Of a DNA stretch of 64,000 bases, positions 19,779-33,242 are shown one piece after another. The notes beneath the pieces were generated by a model, which made no database searches, was not told where the DNA came from, and saw nothing but the letters and a program-made list of their open reading frames with translations. This DNA is from Micrococcales bacterium (lineage in GTDB: Bacteria > Actinomycetota > Actinomycetes > S36-B12 > UBA10799). Made by a program: the position numbers and the translations under genes. Each line of letters starts with the position of its first letter. The stretch's first letter is position 1. Location: assembly GCA_016703125.1 (NCBI GenBank), contig JADJCR010000003.1, forward strand, positions 214,505 through 278,504. The letters are read 5' to 3'.

Positions 19779-20596
19779 TGATCGGGGCCAGTCGCACGTC
19801 CCGGGCGGCGCTGCGGGAGGCCGTGGACGCGCGCTTCGACAGCGCCGACGCGGCGGCCCTGGCCGACGACGGCCAAGCGGTGCTGTCATTCGCGGCTCTG
19901 CTGGGACGTGAACGGACTCTGCGGCAGACGGTGGCCGACCCGGCGCTCGACGCCGATGCCAAGCGCGGCCTGCTGCAGCGCCTGCTCGAGGGCAAGGTGA
20001 CCTCCGGGGCGTTCCACCTCATCGTGGAGACGGTCAGCAAGCGCTGGTCGACCGACCGCGACATGGTCGACGCCATGGACGAGGCGGGTGCCGGCCTGCT
20101 GCTCATGTCCGCGGAGAAGGGCGGCCGTCTCGACCGGGTCGAGGAGGAGATCTTCCGCTTCGGCCGGATCATCGATTCTCACCCCGACCTGCAGATGGCG
20201 CTGACGAACCCGGCTGTGGATGAGGCCAGCAAGGCGGCCATCACCGCACAGTTGCTCGATGACAAAGCGGACCCGCTGACGGTGCGGCTGCTGCAGACCG
20301 CCACCACTGAACTGCACGGCCGGCCCGTGCAGATCGCGGTCGCGGACCTGAGTGCGCTGGCAGCGCAACGGCGCGGCCGGGTGGTCGCAGAGGTGCGCAC
20401 CGCCATCCCGCTGTCGCCGGAGCAGTCGTCCCGGCTGACTGCGGCACTGCGGAGCATCCATCACCGCGACGTCCAGCTCAACGTCACCGTCGACCCCTCC
20501 ATCGTGGGTGGTGTGGAGGTCCGGGTCGGCGACGAAGTGATCGATGGAACCCTTTCCACCCGTATTGAGTCGGCGCGCCGCCGGCTCACCCACTGA
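19778..20596 (+). CDS. atpH: F0F1 ATP synthase subunit delta
   Basis: ATG 19778 overlaps the atpF stop (TGATG). OSCP/delta C-terminus ..IVGGVEVRVGDEVIDGTLSTRIESARRRL. 272 aa. Confidence 0.9.
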   Translation: MIGASRTSRAALREAVDARFDSADAAALADDGQAVLSFAALLGRERTLRQTVADPALDADAKRGLLQRLLEGKVTSGAFHLIVETVSKRWSTDRDMVDAMDEAGAGLLLMSAEKGGRLDRVEEEIFRFGRIIDSHPDLQMALTNPAVDEASKAAITAQLLDDKADPLTVRLLQTATTELHGRPVQIAVADLSALAAQRRGRVVAEVRTAIPLSPEQSSRLTAALRSIHHRDVQLNVTVDPSIVGGVEVRVGDEVIDGTLSTRIESARRRLTH

Positions 20597-20623
20597 CGAA
20601 GAACTAGCACGAGAGGCACCGAC

Positions 20624-24657
<4,034 letters not shown>

Positions 24658-24659
24658 TC

Positions 24660-25040
24660 ATGGCGAGCCTCAATGTCGCGATGGTGTCGACCCGGCGCAA
24701 TGTCTGGGAGGGCGAGGCGTCGCTGGTCGTGCTGCGCACCCTGGATGGCGAGATCGGGTTGATGCCCGGTCACTCCCCGATGATGGGGATGCTGGCTGAC
24801 GGTCCGATCCTCATCCGCCCGACCGAGGGTGAGGACCTGCGGGCGTACATCCACGAGGGTTTCGCCACGATGGACGGCAACCGCGTCATCATCCTGGCCG
24901 AGTGGCTCGAGTTGGCCGGCGAGATCGACGTCCGGCAGGCCGAGCAAGAGCTTGAGGCGGCTCGGGCCAAGGGCACCGAGGCCGAGGTCCGCAAGCAGGA
25001 GGGCCGGCTGCAGGTCGCAGTGGGTCCGCGCCACCACTAG
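24660..25040 (+). CDS. atpC: F0F1 ATP synthase subunit epsilon
   Basis: ATG 24660. 126 aa with ..GEIGLMPGHSPMMGML.. and a C-terminal helical hairpin. Confidence 0.92.
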   Translation: MASLNVAMVSTRRNVWEGEASLVVLRTLDGEIGLMPGHSPMMGMLADGPILIRPTEGEDLRAYIHEGFATMDGNRVIILAEWLELAGEIDVRQAEQELEAARAKGTEAEVRKQEGRLQVAVGPRHH

Positions 25041-25090
25041 TCCCGCCCGCCCGCGCCTTTGTGACGAAGGTGCGGCCCTAAGAAGTCCGT

Positions 25091-25186
25091 TTGTGACGAA
25101 GGTGCGGGGTCTCCCCGCCGGAGACCCCGCACCTTCGTCGCATTGCGACGATGGTGTCTCGCACCTTCGCCACAATCACCCTGTCC
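25091..25186. repeat. 96-bp structured repeat unit, left copy (long hairpin of a 16-nt motif plus a second degenerate inverted pair)
   Basis: 87/96 identical to 26049-26144 in direct orientation. TTGTGACGAAGGTGCG (25091-25106) pairs with its reverse complement at 25128-25143 (24-nt arms, 5-nt loop). Contains the DUF559 stop codon (25176-25178). Confidence 0.85.
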
Positions 25187-26055
25187 ACCCTCGGGTCCGC
25201 ATGACGCGTTCCACTTGGTCGACGGAAGCGTGAAGGTCCCGGAAATGGCGGCCGGTCCACACCAGGCACTCCCAGCCGTGCTCGGCGTAGGCGTTGCGGG
25301 TCTGCGCGTCCTGGTGTCGCTGCCGGCGCTCACCGTGGTGGATTCCGTCGTACTCGATGATCAGGCGGTACGCACGCCACACCAGATCACCGCAGCCGAG
25401 CCATTCGCCTTCTTCGATGATGTCCAGGTTGATCTCCGGGGCGGGCAGGCCGCGCTGGTGCAGTTCAACCCGCAGCAGGGACTCTCGCACCGACCGGCTC
25501 CGAGGGTCGGCCAGCGCGGCCGCGTCCCGCAGAACGGGCGCACCTCTGGTGCCCGGTGGCACGGCGAGGTCGGCGAGCAGTCCACGGCGCTCCTGCGAGG
25601 TCCATCCATGTCCGCCGGTAGCCGGTCACGGGCACGGCACCGATGGTGAGGACCTCGCTCAGCCCTCGCTGGTGCCACGCGACGGCCTTGCGAGTGCCAC
25701 GTCTGGTCGGCACGGTGACGTGGAAAGGCCGGCCATCCGGGTGCGGGGTCGGCAGGCCGAGCAGTTGGGCCGCCGTGGTGTGGGAGAACGCTGCGTCCGT
25801 GGGCAGAGTCAGAGCCACCGCCGCCACGTCGTCGAGCCAGGAGCGTGCGGCGGCGTCCGTGCGCACCCCGCGAGTCGGCTTGCGCAGGCCGGCGCGCCGC
25901 GACTGCGCATACGTGAGCTCAGGGGTTCCGCTCTTGGTGATGAGGAAGGGCACCGGTCCAGCGTGGGACACCGAACGGGTGGGGAACGAGCCGCTGCGGA
26001 ATCTGTGGACGAGCGATTGTGGCGAAGGTGCGGCCCCGGTGGGTCGGTTTGTCAC
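25176..26055 (-). pseudogene. DUF559 / Vsr-like endonuclease-fold domain protein, frameshifted
   Basis: The N-terminal part (..ELTYAQSRRAGLRKPTRGVRT..HTTAAQLLGLP..FHVTVP..VPVTGYRRTWMDLAG) is in ORF 25465..26055. The C-terminal DUF559 core (..SVRESLLRVELHQRGLPAPEINLDI..GCGDLVWRAYRLIIEYDGIHH..) is in ORF 25176..25562. The switch is near 25590-25596. The true start may be GTG 25971. Confidence 0.7.
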
Positions 26056-26144
26056 GATGGTGCGCGGTGTGCCCGCCGGAGACCGCGCACCTTCGTCACA
26101 ATGCGACGATGGTGTCTCGCACCTTCGTCACAATCACCCTGTCC
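26049..26144. repeat. 96-bp structured repeat unit, right copy
   Basis: Direct repeat of 25091-25186 (9 mismatches), offset 958 bp. It carries the same tcaccctgtcc tail that forms the DUF559 3' end in the left copy, but with no ORF attached. Confidence 0.85.
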
Positions 26145-26233
26145 GGGCTGTCGTGACGTAGAACTGTCCGCCATCTCACGAGAGACACCTTCGCCACAAA
26201 GGGGGCGGCAGGGGCGACGAAGGGGCGGGCCGC

Positions 26234-26797
26234 CTACCGCTCCCCCCCTGGCACCCACAGCACGTCCCCGCCGGGGTTCGCCACCCGCGCCAGGATGAAC
26301 AGCAGGTCCGAGAGGCGGTTCAGGTAGTGGGCGGTCAGGGGGTTCATCGCGGCGTCGTACTCGCCGAGGGCCCGCCAGGTGGACCGCTCAGCGCGACGGG
26401 TGACGGTGCGGGCGACGTGCAGCAGCGCCGAGGCAGCGGTGCCGCCGGGGAGGATGAAAGAACGCAGGTTCGGCAGGTCCTCGTTGAACCGGTCGCATTC
26501 AACTTCGAGTCGGTCGATGTAGTCCTGGGTCACCCGCAGCGCCGGGCCCTCCCCTCCGAGCGGCGTGCAAAGGTCCGCCCCCACGTCGAACAACTCGTTC
26601 TGGATCCGCTGCAGAGCCGGCGCGACCGGAGCGGGGGGTTCGCCGAGGGCCAGCACAACGCCGATCGCACTGTTGGCCTCGTCGACGTCGGCGTAGGCCT
26701 CCAGACGCGGATCCGTCTTGGACGTGCGACTGAAATCGCCGAGAGAAGTGGACCCGTCGTCGCCGGTGCGGGTGTAGATGCGCGTCAGGTTCACCAT
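26234..26797 (-). CDS. pduO: ATP:cob(I)alamin adenosyltransferase, PduO type
   Basis: ATG 26797. MVNLTRIYTRTGDDGSTSL (N-terminal ATP-binding motif), ..LPGG..AALHVARTVTRRAER.. 187 aa. The longer ORF to 27085 is read-through. Confidence 0.88.
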   Translation of the reverse strand: MVNLTRIYTRTGDDGSTSLGDFSRTSKTDPRLEAYADVDEANSAIGVVLALGEPPAPVAPALQRIQNELFDVGADLCTPLGGEGPALRVTQDYIDRLEVECDRFNEDLPNLRSFILPGGTAASALLHVARTVTRRAERSTWRALGEYDAAMNPLTAHYLNRLSDLLFILARVANPGGDVLWVPGGER

Positions 26798-26860
26798 GCT
26801 TTCGACCCTAAGGCAGAATGACGCACATGGTGGACGCCCGAGATCGGTTTTACATCCAGG

Positions 26861-28857
26861 GTGGCGACCATGGCTTCCATGGCTTCGATCGCCATGTCCT
26901 ACCAGCCAGGTCTGCTGCCCCGCAGTGTCGGTGACCAAGCGATCCTCACGGGTCTGACCAGCGCCGTGAACTACGGTCTGGTGGCCGTGACCGGGTCGGC
27001 GGTGGAGGGTGTGGCCACTGCGCTGGTGGGCCGCGAGCGCATGCAGCGACCCGGTGTGGCGGCCACGACCCACGGGGTCGCGCACGCCACCGTCGCTGCC
27101 ACCAGCGTCGCCGTGCGCCGCATGCTCCCTCCCCGCGACGGTGAGCCGTTGCGGCGTGCCACGTTGCGCAGCGCGGGTTGGGTGGGGGCCGTGACCGGGG
27201 TCACCGGCCTGATCGCCTCCGGCATCCTCGGCATCGGGGAAGTCATGGAAGCGCGCACCGGGCGCAGCTACCGCCGGTTCGTCGGTCCGGGGACACTGGC
27301 TGTCGCCACCGCCACCGCGGTCGCCCTGACCGCACGGACCCGCCGTGACGCCAAGCGCGACCTGCTGCCGCCGCCCGTGGACCCCTTGCCGCTGTCGGAG
27401 CAGGCCGTGGCCTTCGAAGAGCGCCAGGTCGCCAAGTACGAGAAGGTCCCGGCGTTGACCCGTTCGCTGCTGTTCGGGGCGGGGGTGAGCGCAGGCCTAC
27501 AGGGGGCCGCCTTCGCCGAGTCGCTGGCTGCCGAGGGCATCGCTGCCGGCGTGCGCAAAGCCGCACCCTCCATGGCGCCGTTCGCCAACTGGCTGGGGCA
27601 CACAGTCACGCTTGGCGCGGTCGGGGTCGCCGTCGTGTCGGGGCTCGAATACGTGAACCGGCAAGCCGACGCCGGTGGCGCGGCCATCGAGGCCGCCTAC
27701 AACAAACAGCCCACCATGCTCACGGTCTCCGGCGGCCCCGGCTCCCAGATCCCGTTCGACACCCTCAGCCGGGAGGGCCGGCGGATCGTCAACATGGCGC
27801 TTCCCGCCCACGAGATCGCCGAGGTGACCGGCAAGCCCGCCATCGACCCGATCCGTGCCTTCGCCGGGATCGCCACCGCCGAAATGGTCGATGAGCGCGT
27901 CGATGTGCTCATGCGCGAACTCGAGGATATGGGCGCGTTCGAGCGCAAGGTCCTGTGCTTCTGTTCGCCCACGGGGACCGGCTACCTGAACTACGTGATG
28001 ATGGAGACGCTGGAGTACCTCACCGGCGGTGACTGTGCGACGTTCGCGCTGCAGTACTCGCTGCGCCCCTCGTTCATCTCCCTGGACCGGGTCGCGATGG
28101 GCCGGGAGCAGAACCGGGCGATGCTGCATGCACTCACCTGGCGGCTGCGGGCGATTGCGCCGGACAAGCGCCCGAAGTTCGTGGTCTTCGGGGAGTCGTT
28201 GGGTGCGCACACCATGCAGGACGCTTTCCTGCACGAGGGCATCAACGGATTCGCGCGGGCCGGGGTGGACCGGGCGCTGTTTATCGGCACCCCCGCCGCC
28301 AGCGGCTGGGCGAAGCGCTGGCGGGAGGACAAGGAGAAGACCGACCCGCAGGGCCGGGTCGTCGAGGTGGCAGGTTTCGAGGAGTACCTCGCACTGCCGC
28401 AGGAACAGCGCGAAGGGGTCGACGTCTTCCTGGTCAGCCACCATGAGGACCCGATCGTGAAGTTCGAGCCGGAACTGGCGGTGCGGGTGCCCCGCTGGTT
28501 GCGGCCACCGCGCGAGGACGGCGTGCCCCGCGGCATGCGCTGGCGGCCCGTCGGCACGTTCCTGAACGTCGGCGTGGACCTCAAGAACAGCACGGATGTC
28601 GTGCCGGGGGTGTTCGTGGCTCGTGGCCATGACTACCGGGCCGATCTGGCGCGTTTCACCGCCCTGGCGTTCGACCTGTCAGCCGAGGAACAGACCCTGT
28701 TGCGTGTGGAACGGGCCTTCGTGCCCGCGAACTGGAATGGGCCACCGACCGGGTCCAGGCCGAACAGTTGCAGCGGGCGTCCGAGGCGTTGCAGCGACAG
28801 TTGAGCCAGTGGGGGATCTCCGACCTGTCGGGGTCGATCACGGCGCCGATCGCATAG
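26861..28857 (+). CDS. membrane-anchored alpha/beta hydrolase (Abhydrolase_9-like); probable frameshift near the 3' end
   Basis: N-terminal multi-TM region plus a hydrolase core with nucleophile elbow FGESLGAHT. The raw ORF stops at 28804. A much more protein-like tail (ARELEWATDRVQAEQLQRASEALQRQLSQWGISDLSGSITAPIA*) runs in the adjacent frame from about CCC 28724-28726 to TAG 28855-28857. Confidence 0.6.
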
Positions 28858-28861
28858 TCCG

Positions 28862-29563
28862 GTGACCCTCGATCTTGTAGTCCTCGGGCTGCTGATCATC
28901 GTCAACATCCTCAACCACTCGCCGTACATCGCACAGCGCTGGTACGTGCCCACGGGCATCGTGGGCAGCGCCCTCATCGTGTGGATCGGGTACCGCGCCG
29001 GTGTGACGCTGGCCGACATCGGCCTCGGCCCGGACAGTTGGATCCGCGGGCTCATCTGGTCGGCCGGGTGCATCGGCGCCGTGACCGCGGTCTACGTCAT
29101 CGGGGGGTCGATGACGTTCACCCGGCGGTTCCTGGCCGACGACCGCGCCGTGCTGGGCCCGCGCACGCTGCTGTACAAGACCCTGGTCAATGTCCCGCTG
29201 GGCACCGTGTTGTTCGAGGAGTTGGCCTTCCGCGGCGTGGGCCTGGCGCTGCTGTCCGACTGGTTCCCGACGTGGCAGGCCGTCTTGGTCTCGAGCCTGC
29301 TGTTCGGCTTCTGGCACATCATGCCGAGCCTGGTCATGCACGACGCGAACGCCGCGGTGGGCGACCTGCTCGGCCAGGGGGTCTGGGGGCGGATCCAGTC
29401 GGTGGTGTTCACGGTGCTGGGAACGGCCGTGGCGGGGGTGGTGTTCTGCGCGCTGCGGATCTACAGCGACTCCCTGATGCCGCCCATGGCGCTGCACTGG
29501 GCGATCAACGGCCTGGGGTTCATCGCCGCCTCGTGGGTGCACCGGCGGGCCGGCCGGATCTGA
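28862..29563 (+). CDS. CPBP family intramembrane glutamic endopeptidase (CAAX protease-like)
   Basis: GTG 28862. Multi-TM. CPBP motifs EELAFRG, FGFWH, and HWAIN. Confidence 0.8.
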   Translation: MTLDLVVLGLLIIVNILNHSPYIAQRWYVPTGIVGSALIVWIGYRAGVTLADIGLGPDSWIRGLIWSAGCIGAVTAVYVIGGSMTFTRRFLADDRAVLGPRTLLYKTLVNVPLGTVLFEELAFRGVGLALLSDWFPTWQAVLVSSLLFGFWHIMPSLVMHDANAAVGDLLGQGVWGRIQSVVFTVLGTAVAGVVFCALRIYSDSLMPPMALHWAINGLGFIAASWVHRRAGRI

Positions 29564-29655
29564 TCGGGCCGCGCGACGACCGACCCGCACACCTGTCGCA
29601 ATAGCCGGGCGCCTGCGGGGAACCGGCCACGCGGCCGGCGACCCGGACGTATCCT

Positions 29656-30917
29656 GTGGCGGTGACGTTCGAGGTGGTGGGCGGGAACCGCCTTTCGGGT
29701 ACCGTCCGGGTCCCCGGGGCCAAGAACAGCATCCTCAAACTGATGGCCGGGGCGTTGCTGGCCGAGGGCACGACCACGCTCACCGAGGTCCCGGCCATCC
29801 TCGATGTGACGATCATGGCGGAGTTGCTGCGCAGGCTCGGGTGCCAGGTGCAGCACGAACCCGCCGCCGGCACCCTCGTGATCGACGTCCCGGAGCGGCC
29901 GGGGCATCAAGCCGACTACGACCTCGTGCGCCAGATGCGCGCCTCGATCTGCGTGCTGGGTCCCCTCGTGGCCCGGGTGGGGGAGGCCGACGTGGCACTG
30001 CCCGGCGGTGATGCCATCGGCTCGCGGGGTCTGGACATGCACGTCAACGGCCTGACCCGCCTCGGTGCGGAGGTCACCAGCGAGCACGGGTTCCTCATCG
30101 CCAGGGCCGGGCAACTGCACGGTGCCTCGATCTGGCTGGACTTCCCGAGTGTGGGTGCCACCGAGAATTTGCTCATGGCTGCCGTCCTCGCGAAGGGGGC
30201 CACCGTCATCGACAACGCCGCGCGCGAACCGGAGATCGTGGACATCTGCCAGATGCTCGTCGAGATGGGGGCCCGCATCGATGGGGTCGGCTCCTCCACG
30301 CTGGAGATCGAGGGTGTGGACGCACTGGAACCGGTGACCCACCGGACCGTCCCGGACCGGATCGTGGCCGGGACCTGGGCCGTGGCCGCGGTCATGACGC
30401 AGGGCGACATCACCGTCGACCAGGGCGTCAGCAAGCATCTCGAGATCGCGCTGGACAAACTCGTGTCTGCCGGTGCCATGGTGGAACTCGTGCCGGCGGG
30501 GTTCCGGGTCAGCATGGACCGGCGGCCGAAAGCCGTGGACGTCGTCACGTTGCCGTACCCGGGTTTCGCCACCGATCTGCAGCCGCAGTTCATCGCGCTC
30601 AACGCCATCTCGGAAGGCGCGGCCATGGTGACCGAGAACCTGTTCGAGGCACGGTTCCGGTTCGTCCACGAACTCACCCGTCTGGGCGCCGACGTCCACA
30701 CCGACGGCCACCATGCGCTGGTCCGCGGCCGCGCCCGACTATCAGGGGCGCTGGTCGAGGCCACCGACGTGCGAGCGGGGCCGGCCTGGTCCTCGCCGGT
30801 CTGGTGGCAGACGGTGTGACCACCGTCCACGAGGTGCATCACATCGACAGGGGTTACGCGGGTTTCGTCGAGAGCCTGCAGGGGCTCGGAGCGAAGATCA
30901 CACGCCTCCCCGGCTGA
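29656..30917 (+). pseudogene. murA: UDP-N-acetylglucosamine 1-carboxyvinyltransferase, apparent single-base frameshift near the 3' end (possibly an assembly error)
   Basis: ..[24 protein letters not shown].. After ..ATDVRAG the conserved end ([45 protein letters not shown]) continues in another frame to TGA 30915-30917. The G-run 30777-30780 appears one G short. Confidence 0.9.
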
Positions 30918-31227
30918 GCACCTCGAGGGCACGGTCCCGGTCGGCTTCCCACACCATGAGCCGCGGCCCGTCGGTGGTCCGCACAAGGTTGACCCGGACA
31001 CCGCTGTCGACCAGTAGGCGGCGCTGCATCTCGGCACGGACGTAGTCCTCGGCGCCCGCGACCGGCACCATGAGTCCGTATTCGTCCGAACCGCCGGCCT
31101 GCGGATCGCGGGCCACCAGCGAGCCGCCCCCTGAGAACGCCCACCGCAGCAGCAACACGATCACGGCCATGATCACCAAGGCGACCAGCGGGCCGAACAG
31201 GAACGAGTATGTGGACCAAGCCGGCAC
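30898..31227 (-). CDS. hypothetical small membrane-anchored protein
   Basis: 109-aa ORF (GTG 31227) with one N-terminal TM helix ([19 protein letters not shown]). Codon usage matches its neighbours. Overlaps the corrected murA 3' end by 20 bp (convergent). Confidence 0.45.
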   Translation of the reverse strand: MPAWSTYSFLFGPLVALVIMAVIVLLLRWAFSGGGSLVARDPQAGGSDEYGLMVPVAGAEDYVRAEMQRRLLVDSGVRVNLVRTTDGPRLMVWEADRDRALEVLSRGGV

Positions 31228-31285
31228 GAGACCATTGTGCGCCCCTCCGGGCGGAGCCGCATCTGAGCGCGGTTAGCCTCGGAAC

Positions 31286-32131
31286 ATGAGAATCGCGGTG
31301 GTGGGGGCCGGCCTGATGGGCGGCGGGATTGCACAGGTTTCGGCAGTGGCGGGTCACGACGTGATCCTGCAGGACATGAGCGGGGAGTCGGTCGCACGGG
31401 GACGCGACGCCATCGCCGCGTCCCTGGAGAAGTTCGCAGACAAGGGCCGGATCACCGGCGAGCAGGCGCAGGCCGCGCTCGAACGGATCACCACTGTCAC
31501 CGATCTCGATGCGGTCGGTGAGGCCGACATCGTGGTGGAGGCGGTTTTCGAGAAGTTCGAGGTCAAGGCCGAGGTGTTCCGCCGGCTCGATGCCGTCTGC
31601 AGCGACGGCACGCTCCTGGCGACCAACACCTCGGCGATCCCGATCACGTCCATCGCGGCGGTGACCAGCCGACCGGAGCAGGTCGTGGGCACGCACTTCT
31701 TCTCGCCGGTCCCGCTGATGAAGCTGTGCGAGCTCGTGCGCGGGTACAAGACCAGCGACGAGGCCATGGCGCGCGCACGGGAGTTCGCCGAGGGGGTCGG
31801 CAAGACCGTCGTGGTCGTGAACCGCGACGTCGCAGGTTTTGTCACCACGCGTCTGATCACGGCATTGGCGATGGAGGCGATCGCCCTCGTGGAGTCCGGT
31901 GTGGCCAGCGCCGAGGACGTGGACACCGCCTGCCGACTCGGTTTCGGGCACGCCATGGGTCCCCTGGAGACAGCCGACATGACCGGCGTGGACATCATCT
32001 TCAACGCCACGTCGAACATCTACGCCGACAGTCAGGACGAGAAGTTCAGCCCCCCGGAGGTGCTGCGCCGCATGGTGACCGCAGGGGACCTGGGGCGCAA
32101 ATCGGGCAAGGGCTTCTACGACTACTCGTGA
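31286..32131 (+). CDS. 3-hydroxybutyryl-CoA / 3-hydroxyacyl-CoA dehydrogenase
   Basis: ATG 31286. NAD-binding [29 protein letters not shown], and C-terminal ..[11 protein letters not shown]. Confidence 0.88.
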   Translation: MRIAVVGAGLMGGGIAQVSAVAGHDVILQDMSGESVARGRDAIAASLEKFADKGRITGEQAQAALERITTVTDLDAVGEADIVVEAVFEKFEVKAEVFRRLDAVCSDGTLLATNTSAIPITSIAAVTSRPEQVVGTHFFSPVPLMKLCELVRGYKTSDEAMARAREFAEGVGKTVVVVNRDVAGFVTTRLITALAMEAIALVESGVASAEDVDTACRLGFGHAMGPLETADMTGVDIIFNATSNIYADSQDEKFSPPEVLRRMVTAGDLGRKSGKGFYDYS

Positions 32132-32565
32132 TCTCCCGCCTCGCCGGCGTCGTCTCCGGCACGCTCACGCTCTTGGCCGTGGTCGCCGCCACCACAGCCA
32201 AGGGCTACCTGAGCACGATCGGGGAGTTCTGCTTCGTGGTGGCCGTGTCCGCCGTCGCCATGTTCGTCGCGCACTTCTGGTCGCACCTACTGGCGATCCG
32301 CCTGACCAAAGGTGTCGACCGCCGCGCCATCCTGCACGAGGCGGTGAGCAGTTCGGCCAGGCTCGTGCCGGCGGTTGTGCTCCTCGTCGTCGCTCCGCTC
32401 GCATACCTCGTCGCAGGGTCCATGGAGGTCGCGGTGACCGCGGCCATGGTGGCCCTCACCGTGGCCCTGTTCGCCTACACCTGGTTGGGGACCCGCGCCT
32501 TCATGTGGTCGTTGGGTACGGCAGCGGTCGGGCTTCTCATGACGGTGTTCAAGGTCGTGGTCTGA
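32128..32565 (+). CDS. hypothetical integral membrane protein
   Basis: GTG 32128 overlaps the upstream stop (GTGA). 145 aa, 4 predicted TM helices. Its stop overlaps the nucS start (TGATG). Confidence 0.5.
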   Translation: MISRLAGVVSGTLTLLAVVAATTAKGYLSTIGEFCFVVAVSAVAMFVAHFWSHLLAIRLTKGVDRRAILHEAVSSSARLVPAVVLLVVAPLAYLVAGSMEVAVTAAMVALTVALFAYTWLGTRAFMWSLGTAAVGLLMTVFKVVV

Positions 32566-33236
32566 TGCGACTGGTGGTGGCCGAGTGCCAGGTCGACTAC
32601 GTCGGCCGGCTCTCCGCGCATCTGCCGATGGCGCGCAGGCTCCTGCTGATCAAGGCCGACGGGTCCGTGTCGGTGCACGCCGACGACCGCGCGTACAAGC
32701 CGCTGAACTGGATGAGCCCGCCTTGCGCGCTTGCCGAAGTCGCCGACGACGAGCACACGGTGTGGGAGGTGACCAACAAGGCGGGGGAGCGGTTGATCAT
32801 CCGGATCGCCGAGATCGAGCACGAGTGGTCCGGCACCCTGGGCCAGGACCCGGGTCTGGTCAAGGACGGGGTCGAGGCGCACCTGCAGGAGTTGCTGGCC
32901 GAGCAGGTCCATGCGTTCGGCGACGGCTGGACACTCGTGCGCCGCGAGTACCCGACGGCCATCGGCCCGGTGGATCTGCTGTGCCGGGATGCCGGTGGGG
33001 CCGCTGTCGCCGTCGAGGTGAAACGTCGTGGGGACATCGATGGTGTGGAGCAACTGACCCGCTACCTGGACCTGCTCAACCGCGACCCCCTGCTGGCCCC
33101 GGTCGCCGGGGTGTTCGCCGCGCAGGAGATCAAACCGCAGGCCCGCACCTTGGCTCTCGACCGCGGGATCCGGTGTGTCGTGGTGGACTACGACGCCCTG
33201 CGCGGCTACGACGACGAGGAGTCGAGGCTGTTCTGA
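32565..33236 (+). CDS. nucS: endonuclease NucS (EndoMS, mismatch-specific)
   Basis: [38 protein letters not shown].. and RecB-like nuclease core ..[27 protein letters not shown]. 223 aa. Confidence 0.92.
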   Translation: MRLVVAECQVDYVGRLSAHLPMARRLLLIKADGSVSVHADDRAYKPLNWMSPPCALAEVADDEHTVWEVTNKAGERLIIRIAEIEHEWSGTLGQDPGLVKDGVEAHLQELLAEQVHAFGDGWTLVRREYPTAIGPVDLLCRDAGGAAVAVEVKRRGDIDGVEQLTRYLDLLNRDPLLAPVAGVFAAQEIKPQARTLALDRGIRCVVVDYDALRGYDDEESRLF

Positions 33237-33242
33237 GCCGGA

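Noticed and set aside
25041-26233. CRISPR-like array, considered because a 16-nt motif recurs many times. The same question applies to 62792-63133.
   Set aside because: The repeats occur in both orientations with irregular spacing. There are no unique spacers of uniform length and no cas genes in the window. The architecture is hairpin/REP-like or a tandem duplication instead.
25294-26298. 334-aa plus-strand ORF across the DUF559 locus and its right repeat.
   Set aside because: It is antisense to recognisable DUF559 sequence and runs through non-coding repeat DNA. Its composition is Arg/Pro/Gly-rich with no motifs.
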